A stretch of DNA of 64,000 nt from NCBI GenBank assembly GCA_051294375.1, contig CM119271.1, positions 1,048,721 to 1,112,720 of the forward strand, in the 5' to 3' direction. Source of the stretch: Paraspadella gotoi (taxonomy: Eukaryota; Animalia; Chaetognatha). The notes below the pieces were generated by a model that was not told the origin of the DNA, did no database searches, and saw only the letters and a program-made list of their open reading frames with translations. The translations under genes and the position numbers were made by a program. How positions within the stretch are numbered: position 1 is the stretch's first letter; every line of letters starts with the position of its first letter. This document shows positions 53,581 through 64,000 of the stretch, one piece after another.

Positions 53581-54724
53581 ATTATATCCAGGATTACACT
53601 AAAAATTACCTTTCTAAAAATCCAAATCGAAACCAAAACATTTTTGCCATTCTTTTAAACGGATAAGGGGGTTTTAAAAACGTACTAACTAAAATTTAGA
53701 CTAATTAGCGCCCCAAACCAAGTATTTCTCCGTGACATTACGTTCCTCGGCGCATCCAAACAAGCTTCTCGGCGGCGCTAACAAGCAAGCCGACCAAGCA
53801 GTTCGCCTTGACATTTGAATGAATGAGAGATGAATTCACTCTGAGGATGTTAAGAGCGAAGGTGGCCAATCTAGGCGGGGCCCGACCCTGATCCTCCTTT
53901 TGGAATTGATAGGAGCAGGATATATCCGAGGGTGACGTCTCTCTCTCTCTCTCTNNNNNNNNNNNNNNNNNNNNNNNNNNNNNNNNNNNNNNNNNNNNNN
54001 NNNNNNNNNNNNNNNNNNNNNNNNNNNNNNNNNNNNNNNNNNNNNNNNNNNNNNNNNNNNNNNNNNNNNNNNNNNNNNNNNNNNNNNNNNNNNNNNNNNN
54101 NNNNNNNNNNNNNNTCTCTCTATCTCTCTCTCTTTCTCTCTCTTTCTCTCCCTGAAGAAAGATGAAAATACTTTTGCTTTGATGCTTTTTCTTTCATTTC
54201 CTAAAATTTTCTCCGCCAAAGACGCCGATTATGTTGGTGCTGCTGGGGCGGCTGTTCCGGCAGTCTTCGCTTCCGCTGCTGTTGTTGCTGCCGCTGTTGT
54301 TGCCGCTACTGCTGGTGCTGTTTCTCCTACGGTCGACTTGCTGCGGTTATTGTTTTCTGCTGGTGACCGTTGATCTACGATGAAATTCTCGATGCCTCAT
54401 TTTGTCAGTTGTCAGTTGGTCTTTCCTTTCGTTATATAAAGAGAGACAGAGAGAAACAGAGAGAGACTGAGAGAGATGAAGGGAGAGAAAGAGAGAGAGG
54501 TGGTAAAGGAGGNNNNNNNNNNCTAAAAGTAGTCATCGATAAGGAAATCGATCGAATAATTGAGGGTCAAGAAAATCGATTAAGCGTCGTCGTCGTCGTC
54601 GTCGTCCTCATTGTCTTCGTCGTCGTCGTCGTTGTCGTCGTCATCGTCGTCGTAGTTATCGTCATAATCGACATCTTGAGATTAAGAATTTTTTTACGTT
54701 TATCGATTCAAGGCGGAACTGAGA

Positions 54725-54727
<3 letters not shown>

Positions 54728-54801
<74 letters not shown>
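54728..54801. repeat. (GAT)n microsatellite
   Basis: Perfect trinucleotide run. A (GTC)n tract lies nearby at 54586-54665 and (GAC)n at 55138-55174. Confidence 0.98.
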
Positions 54802-54802
<1 letters not shown>

Positions 54803-54961
54803 AATGAATACGGCGATTTAATCGTCTCCAATCCCTTTCAGTATTTTTTCAAAAATCTCAATGAATTTCAAGATTTTCCAGATTTATCATAATTTTTTTT
54901 TCTTTTCCAAAAACCAAAAAGTAAACAAATCCTTGAATTTCTCTCTATCACTCAATATTTT

Positions 54962-55017
<56 letters not shown>

Positions 55018-55136
55018 TCCACTAGAGATAAATCATCGTAAGAATCAAAACCGTTCTCTCAAGAAATCAGTGTGAATCTCAAAAATTCACCGAGAAGAAA
55101 AAAAATGTCGCATTCCGACGCCCGAATCGAGAGAAA

Positions 55137-55174
<38 letters not shown>

Positions 55175-56046
55175 CAACCACGGTGTGCTCGTGAGAAATA
55201 CGCTAACATGTCAATTTGAATCAAAATGTACAAACTTTTCGTTTGATTTTTTTCCAAATTAGTAAATTATCTTTTAAAACACATGCTGAAATTTATTTTG
55301 GTGGAGGCAAAATAATTTGTTTACGATTTTTTAAAACAGTTTATATACATAAATATTAGAGTTGTGTTTGTATTTTTTGTGTATTCGTCTCCGTGTTATT
55401 GTTTGAGAGAGAGAGANNNNNNNNNNNNNNNNNNNNNNNNNNNNNNNNNNNNNNNNNNNNNNNNNNNNNNNNNNNNNNNNNNNNNNNNNNNNNNNNNNNN
55501 NNNNNNNNNNNNNNNNNNNNNNNNNNNNNNNNNNNNNNNNNNNNNNNNAGAGAGAGCGAGCTCATCCTACCCCTTCATTCCTTCAAATTGATTTAATTTT
55601 TCTCAATTAAAACCAAAAATTCCATCTCGTTACGATATTTAGAGATATAGAGATAAATGTCGTAAGGTTGAGCGAGAAAGAACCGCATTTTTAAAAATAA
55701 TATCTTTAATTAAATTGTCTTTCCTGTTGACTTTTTCTCTTCCCCTTTTTTTTAATGCGTATATAAACTGTATACTTAGCTATAGGTCGCAAACCCCGCC
55801 GAGCAGTGCGGTCGCCGGAGCATAAAGAAAATAATTAGAATAATATTATTTTCAGGAAGAGTGAAATTAAGAAAGATAATAATTTGTATAAAACGGGATA
55901 TATACTTCCTCGTTTTAAAACTTGACTCCCCTTTGGCTTTCTATGGGTGGGAATAAAAAGATGCGTCTGTATCCGAAAGACGTTAAAACTCGGTTACCCC
56001 TTTGGACCCTGATAATTTTTCCGGTTTAAAACCATCTTAAATTAGA

Positions 56047-56087
56047 ATAGAAATATAAAAATTAAGACTTAATTTTTATATTTCTAT
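56047..56087. repeat. Perfect 20-bp-arm AT-rich palindrome with a 1-nt spacer
   Basis: ATAGAAATATAAAAATTAAG-A-CTTAATTTTTATATTTCTAT; arms checked base by base. Confidence 0.95.
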
Positions 56088-56356
56088 CTTTATCATTTTG
56101 ACCGCAAAACCTTAAACCCAATGAGCTATATGAAATACCCTGGCTGGCAGAACTCCTTGGAACGCTATCATCCCACTGCCGTCAACCCACAGCAGTCAAA
56201 CCCTAAAAAAGTATAAGAGTTATGTATTCCCCTTTAAACTCCTAAACCCTTTGAACCCCAGACTCAAAGTCCTCCGAACCCTCGCCTTCCCCGAGGCGGA
56301 CATTGTTTTGGTTATTATCGGATTATCACTTCAACTGAGAGGAAAGAATTTCAAAG

Positions 56357-56391
<35 letters not shown>

Positions 56392-59300
56392 NNNNNNNNN
56401 NNNNNNNNNNNNNNNNGCTCCTCTCTTCTGTCTACTCTCCTCTCTCCTCTCTCCGTTTTTCTCTCATTCCTCCTCTCTCTCTTCTCTCTCTCCACGGCCT
56501 ATCTGTCGGTGCTCTGTGTTCGTCTTTACATGTCTAGTCTCTCACACTGAACCGGCCCGCGAGGTGCCAAGATACGTAGAGGCGAGTACGCCACATTTCG
56601 TGTCTCGGTGCTTCCTTTGTCCATAGAGAGAGAGTATAGATAGTAAATCAGTATAGAGCAGAGTGGTGAGAAAGGTGAAGTCAGCCAATACAAAGAATAA
56701 TTATCATTTTTAATATGTGTATAGATGTCAAATTCTGAAATTTTTTCTTTTAACTTTCGGCTGTATTTATGGCTGTGTGAAGTGGGAGAAATTTAGTATC
56801 ATTTTATTATAAAAATGAAGGCCTTTTTAGAGATTTATTTTTTGCTAATCGTATGGTTTTATACATATCTTGTGTCGATGTTAGCTCGCGGCAGGATCCT
56901 AAAGAGGTGGGTGTAGGTGTGTCAGTGAGGGTGACTAGAGTGTGTGGGGGAGGACCGGCCGGGTTGGTTTAGTACCTGGGTCTGGGGGTGGACTTTGTCT
57001 TTGTATGCGAAATTAAATTCTTGTTTTCATTCGTAATTTTATGAGAATCCTTGTTTGAAAAATACTATTTTGTTTTCAATATTTATGAGAAAGCTAATAT
57101 TTAGAATTTAGAAGGCCAGCCTCAGGAACCAAATACACGTTAGGTCGCTAGACCGATTCCACTTATCGGTGTGGGCCGAACGGTGTACATACGCTCCACT
57201 ACGCTACAAGTAATAAGACCATTCGGGTGTTGGAGTTTGACCAGTTTTTTTGCTTGCAATAGCGTTTTTACCTAGTAGATGATAACCTAGGGGATTCCCT
57301 TCGAACCCGCTCCCCTCAACAGGATGCGGTTAATGGGCCTTGCCGCGCACATTGCGCTCGTCGTGATGGATGAGCGAGGGACGATAGTTAGAGGCTGAGT
57401 GAGACTGCGTCGTAATCATCTCGCTTACTTCGCAAGCTCTCGCGGAAATTTGATTTCGCGGTTTCGTATTTTGCAAACGTTTTTCAACCGGTAGTCTTGG
57501 TCGGCGGTGGGGTTAGTCGTTTGGTAGGCAGAACTGTAATGTTTCGGACATCTGCGAGGAGAGAGAGAGAGAGAGTAGAGAGAGAGAGAGAGAGAGAGAG
57601 GGATGAGAGAGAGTGAGAGAAGAGAGAGAGGAGGAGAGAGACGGAGATCTTTAAATCTTCGTCTTGTTTGCATTTCAAATATTTCAAAAGGCTAAGAAAT
57701 ATACGATTCTCATCACCGCTGAGACGATAGACAAAAATTCCACATCCGGAACGATAAATATAAAAGAGAAAAAGAATTGGAGAAAAAAATAATATTTTTC
57801 TTACAAAAGAAAAGACTCGGAAGCAGAGAGAAGCGCTTTTTTCAGAGCAGAAGGAAGAGAGAAGGAGAGCGGTACGTGGTGGATTATAACTGGGGGTGGT
57901 AGGGGTGAGGGGTGTGAAGGGTGGTTTGAGATTACGCAGGATAATGATAAGAGTCGGTTATCATACAACAGCTCAAAATATAAAAAACGGCCTTTTACTT
58001 CCATCCGTACGCAACCGTGGAGACCACCCTGTATCCTCGCGTTCCCTGATTGCGCATTTGTCGTCGGTTGTTGTTCGTGCGGTCGCCCGATATATTTACT
58101 CTGGTTCCCCTGCCGAAAGAATAATTTCTTTTTTTTTTCTTCGAGGAAGTGAATTCGTATTAACACTGAGAGGATGAATTTCGTCACTCAGTACATCGGT
58201 TTTTGCGGTTAAGGTAAATCACAAGTCGTGTTTCCTCTGACTTGGCGAGAGAAAAAACCTGGGTGAGAGGACTGACGAATTTTATTTTTATTTTTATGAA
58301 CAATTAGTGAGAATGACCAAATATAGAAATGGTATATCATTATTTCACTTCATAAAGCTATCTTATCCGTCTGAATTGCTTGAACGGAGACTATACGAGT
58401 GTAGTGGGTTTTATGGTAGGGTTAGGCCATCCATCTGCTGTCCCTTTTAACCATGGTATATTCCAGAGCGGTGAAACCTTGCGAGACAGATTGTCAATGC
58501 GCCATAGATGCTTAGGAGTTTAAAGCGCATACTGAATATCAGTTGCAGTTACATACTACATATTGCAGACGCGAGGGAGTGAAACCCCTCCGGTCGCCGG
58601 CCCTTCAAGTTTTGATCCTTCTGCGATACTGAATGAGGAAAGAGGGATAACCCTTCGTCGTGTCTCTACGAGAGATACGAACCGAAAGCAGGACAGATTG
58701 CTGTTTATCTAGTTATAAGACAGCCGGCCATGAAGATATGAAAGATAGTAAGAAGAACTTCAGGACAAACGGAGGATGCAGTAAATTAAACTAAAGAAAA
58801 AACAAGAGATCAAAGAGAGGCAATATGAAAAGAGAACAGATGAGAAAGAGCAAAGGATCGGGGCTTCGGGAAGGTGCCTCGATGAATAGGGGTTGAGTCT
58901 CGTCCATGAAAAACAGAGTAGCAGGTGATCATGCTTTTGCTTGTAGAGTAATCGACTACATGCTGGAGCGCCGTCTGTTAAGGCAGCGAGTGTAGAGTAG
59001 GGAAGATGTTGGTGGGAGGTGTTGCGAACGCCTAATGTTAGCTAGGTGCGCGGCGTCCGAATTCCTGTTTGCGGATACCTTTTGGAAAAGACGCCAGGAA
59101 GACGTTGTGATGTAGTTGTCTTTCCCGAACTTTTAGATAATTCAAGGGGAGCGAGCATTGTGTGCCCGTATAAGTGGCAGAATGCGTGCGAAAATGGATA
59201 ATGTTAAGGTTATCGCCTCAATGCTGCGTGTAATTTTGTGAAACATCGAACAGCGCTAAGGGGTTGACCTTTTTTGAGTGAGTATGTGAGTCTAAATACT

Positions 59301-61864
59301 TGAGGTCAGTGGGTGAGTAACCAATGCGTCACCAAGCTACGCGGTGCTATTCCAAGAATACAATGTTGGAGCGTAATTTCTCGTCAAGCGAGACATTAAA
59401 AAGACTTATAATTTATAATCATTATCTTGTGATAACCTTTTTTGAGGTACCTACGCAGAAGGTCAGGCGCATCGTCATTCGTCCCACCGGTGATTCTTCA
59501 TAAAACGCACCCCCGGGAGCGAGAGCGAGCGGAGAGCAAAGCGGCAAGTGTACGGTGAGGAGCGTGGTTCGGAAGTCGCAGCTGTGAAGGGTGGTGGGTG
59601 GAAGGAGAGTGGAGCGTTGAGGAGAGGAGGAATCGGAGGAGAGGAGAGGTCGCCAGAATGTAGAGTCGCGAGGTGAGTCATACAATCACTTCCGGGCCCA
59701 GCAAGACGCGCTCGACAAGAGCGGCTGTTCTGGGAGGAGCGGAAGAAGAGTAGTTGTGGAGAAAAAAGTCTGAAATGCTGTATGGACCCCCTGTTAGTGG
59801 TGTAAAGGAGAAGAGTGTGTTTAGAGGGAGAAGGCGACGCGCGTAGTGGTGAAGGTTTATTTAGAGGTAACGAGTTGTAACGGGTTTATAGGGTTTAGAT
59901 GGTTTGGTGTGTGTGTAAAAGGAGTTTGTGTGCGAATGGCGAAGGGAACTTTGTTTGGTGTGTGAGGTGAGTGTGTATATTTATTATATTAATTTATCTA
60001 TTCCGTCTTAAGTAGTGTTTTTTAATTATACTTAGTCATTTAGTAAAAGTTTTCTAGACGGTATTATTCACATAAATACTGAGTTATTGCAGCAAGATTT
60101 TAAAGTGTCGTTTTATAGAGAGCATTTAATTTAATGTTCCCCGTCAAACACAGTAAACGTCAAACATGTAAATTAATTATTCATGCTCTTACGTATTCTA
60201 AAAAATGAAAAAAGAAAGCTTTTCGATTTTCACCAGTTAAAGACCCTCGTACATGCGGCGTCTTATGGGTTGCCTGGGGCCATGCGAGCTTGAGCCGACG
60301 AGCGGCTTGCGAGCCTTGCGTGTTGACGAGCTGCGGCTTCGCAGCGACATGTATCCGATGGAGGCGGCGTCTCACAAAGGGCGAGACGGCAAAATCCGAC
60401 TTTTCTTTTGTCCAACTCGCTCGTCAAAGTCGATTTAACGTTTTCAAAGGACCAAACGAGGACCCGAAACTCAAAAATGTCCCTGAAAATTAGATTATGA
60501 AATAACAAGAGAAAAGTTTTTCTTTAGATTCCATTTTTGTTTTGTCTTAACGTTCTAGTCAAATCAAATTCGGAATTTTTCGGCTTTTGTCTTTGGATGG
60601 TAGTTTGTTTGTGAGTTTCGTAGTTTGTGAATTTGTCGTTGTTGTTGTTAGAAGTTCTACGTCGCCGTCGCGTCGGTCGTCGGGTCGTCGTCTTTTAAAC
60701 GATACCTACTCGCGGCTCTTTCTGTGAAGACGAATGCTACTTGAGTTGTAAGCGTAACGGTTCTTGTCTTGCTGGAATTACACCAAATTGCTCAAATAAT
60801 ATCGTTGGTTACAAGAAGTGCCGATCGTCATCTTTAGACTTACGTAGAGTTAGAACTCGGCTCGAAAAAAACAGCTTTATGTTTTAAACTTCATCGCGAC
60901 TTCTGTATAGTCTTTTTCGGAAAATAAAGAAAGGAACAATGTCTATTTAGAGTTCTTACATTTGGACGGAAATAACGGGCGGCCACGATGGTATAAGTAG
61001 TAGAAAAATATGAGTTGGTGCTTGTTTAAAAAGTAAACTAAAAAATAAACTTTGTTATTGTAAAAACTCCTCCTTCCTTGTGGACAAGAGAGCGAGAATT
61101 GAAAGGTCAAAACATTTTCCATGTCATCTTCGTTTCTGGACGTGCGCCTTGTGGGGATGAGATGCGATGGGGGGGAGAGGGAGAAGGGAGTCAGGGGGGT
61201 TGAGGGGGAGGAGGGAAGAAGGGGAGTGCAGGGGTTGAAGAGGGAGAGTGGAAGAGGGGAGACAGGGGGTTGAGGTGGAGAGGGAAGAAAGGAGTCAAAG
61301 GGGTTGGAAGGGGGGGAGATGTGGAATTTCTATTGTTTAGGGGGAGGGGGCCTTCTTAGAAAAGGAGAGAGGCCGGGAGAAATTAGGAGACAAGAATCTC
61401 TCTCTCTCGTCGTCTTTCTCTCCATCTCTCCTCTCTCTGTCTTCTCTCTCTCTCCTCTCATCTCTCTCTCTCTCTCTCAATATTTCCACGCTCACATTTG
61501 GGATCCCAACAAATCCATCCGCAAAGCTTCCCGCCTCTCTATGGCGTTGAAGTAGATCTAGAGAGCGAAGAATCACCTTCCACGACTTCCCCAATTCCCA
61601 CCGTCTCACTTCACTCCAAGACTTCCATCTCGCACACGACTTTTACACTTCTGCCAATAACACACTGGCCTTCCATCCCCACATCCATCCTATTCACACT
61701 TGTCTCAATCCCCAGTGCCCCAGTCTTCAATCCCCCCAGTCCTCAGTCTTCAATCGCCAGTCCCCAGTCGTCAATCCCCGCGTTCAGTCTTTCGGTCTGG
61801 GCGTGGAAGGAAGAGGAAATTTCGTCCTTGAAAATAAAAAAGATGAAAATCCTTTGAAGGGAAG

Positions 61865-61902
<38 letters not shown>

Positions 61903-64000
61903 ATCTCCGGTGCATAAATTATTCGATGTACTTAAACTTAATGTCATTTGTAAGAAAAATAAGACAAGGAGTATCTCAGGTATTTACATTGTATTTTGAC
62001 AACCATCTTGTTAAGAAAAACATTTCCCATTATAAACCTTGTTACTTTCTCTCTTTCAGTTTAACAAACATTTGTAAGTACGTATACATGTAAATGAATA
62101 AAACTGTTAACTGAAAATCATATCAGCTTATTGTTAATTTTTCGTTTTCGGTTTTTAAATGTAATATTTAAGTTTGTGGAAATGTAACAAGGCATGAAAT
62201 GGATTGATCAATCTGTTTCTTGCGTCTGTACACTATTTGTAAGCATCAATTCCAGTTAAATGAGCTACACTAAAAAAAGTTCGGTTGCCAACAAACAAAA
62301 GCTGAGGCCAACCACTAAAGGGATGCCATTCAAGGGGGAAATGGAATGGAAAGTTCCAGCTGAGGAAGGAGTGGCATTCGCCTTTGTCGCTTTCATCAAA
62401 AATCGTTAAAAACTCGATCAGTTTAGAAAAAGGGATTTTTGGGCGGGTTGTAACAACACTNNNNNNNNNNNNNNNNNNNNNNNNNNNNNNNNNNNNNNNN
62501 NNNNNNNNNNNNNNNNNNNNNNNNNNNNNNNNNNNNNNNNNNNNNNNNNNNNNNNNNNNNNNNNNNNNNNNNNNNNNNNNNNNNNNNNNNNNNNNNNNNN
62601 NNNNNNNNNNNNNNNNNNNNNNNNNNNNNNNNNNNNNNNNNNNNNNNNNNNNNNNNNNNNNNNNNNNNNNNNNNNNNNNNNNNNNNNNNNNNNNNNNNNN
62701 NNNNNNNNNNNNNNNNNNNNNNNNNNNNNNNNNNNNNNNNNNNNNNNNNNNNNNNNNNNNNNNNNNNNNNNNNNNNNNNNNNTTTTCCTACACAACCCAC
62801 GGTTTCTCTTAAATTTATCTTTTATCTCCGCATATATGGCGTGTGTGACCTTGAGTGTGAGCGAGTAAGACCTTGAGTGTGACCACTTGTGTTCATGGCG
62901 CTAAAAACACGGATCGTTAATATTTTATTTGGTGCTAAAATAGAAATAATCTCGATCTTTAGCGGCAACTGTTATCAATTTTATTTCTCTCGTCCCATAT
63001 ATTCATTTCTCTCTCTCTCTCTCTCTCTCTCTCNNNNNNNNNNNNNNNNNNNNNNNNNNNNNNNNNNNNNNNNNNNNNNNNNNNNNNNNNNNNNNNNNNN
63101 NNNNNNNNNNNNNNNNNNNNNNNNNNNNNNNNNNNNNNNNNNNNNNNNNNNNNNNNNNNNNNNNNNNNNNNNNNNNNNNNNNNNNNNNNNNNNNNNNNNN
63201 NNNNNNNNNNNNNNNNNNNNNNNNNNNNNNNNNNNNNNNNNNNNNNNNNNCGCTGGTTTCTGCTCATAAAAAATGTGGTTCAATTCCTTTCGACGCTTTT
63301 ATTTTTCCAACGAAGTTTTTACTTTCGTTTAAAGAAAAACTTTTCGCGTTTGATGACGAGAAAAACGAATTTCAATTATTTTACGATCATTTTTTTTTCT
63401 TTCGCTCAATTTATAGATATAATAGTATTTAAAATTCTTACTTCTTTCTTTCTCTTGTTTATTTTATTTGTCTATCTTTATGCATATTTTCTTTTAAAAC
63501 TCATAATTTGAAACGTTAGAAAAGTAATATTTCATTTTGGTTGTACCGACTTCTTTAAAATATTGACCCATTGTTGTTTCTGAAGACTAAGAAAATCGCC
63601 CAAAACCAAGAATTTTCGCTTTTTGAACAATTTTCTTCGCAATTTTTTTTTTTTAATCATGGATTTTTCTTTTTGTTTCTCGAGTTCGTGTGTGGGCTTT
63701 CAACTTCGGGCATTAAATTTTCTTTTCACCATGAGTGATTTTTTGGCTTTTAAAAATTGTTGTTTCCATTTATAAATAATACTTTTATTATTAAATTTCA
63801 TATTTTTCTGCTGCCGCGACAACAGAGTCTCCGCTGCTCCTGCTGCTCCTGCTGCCCCAGCGGCATTAAATCTCCCAAGTGCTCCGCCGATTATAAAGAC
63901 GGCAGCCTCGAGACGACTCCACCTGTCAATTTCAAGGCACCTCCCTCTCAGCCAACCTTACCCCACCCGTCCCCACCTCCAACCCTTACCCTGAGAGACC

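Noticed and set aside
54215-54375. GCT/GTT-rich stretch as an Ala- or Ser/Asn-rich exon
   Set aside because: It is a degenerate trinucleotide repeat with short frames and no start or splice support.

Overview
Repeat-dense, AT-rich eukaryotic (probably invertebrate animal) draft scaffold with many N gaps and very abundant microsatellites ((GA)n, (GAC)n, (TCAT)n, (ATT)n, (GAT)n, (GTCC)n). I cannot support any intact protein-coding gene; nearly all listed ORFs are microsatellite or N-gap read-through. The large-scale structure looks like long-read gap-filling artefact. There are six gaps of exactly 25 N, several followed by a noisy re-copy of nearby sequence (7021-17969 vs 17995-~28860; 33768-35957 vs 35983-~37950; 43656-46655 vs 46681-49638). 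A ~16 kb fold-back centred at ~28300 (partial copy at ~17415) has a loop resembling a garbled PacBio SMRTbell adapter. The best real-biology candidate is exposed by that redundancy: a ~4.26 kb insertion (10663-14920; copy 21637-25894) is present in one arm and cleanly absent at the equivalent site in the other (~30650). It has CAC...GTG termini, a probable C-rich target-site duplication, a possible frameshifted THAP-like exon, and a ~25-copy tandem array of its own terminal 70 bp. Smaller candidates are a tRNA-derived SINE, a Helentron/HINE-like element, a Tc1/mariner-like MITE, several minisatellites and a perfect AT-rich palindrome.
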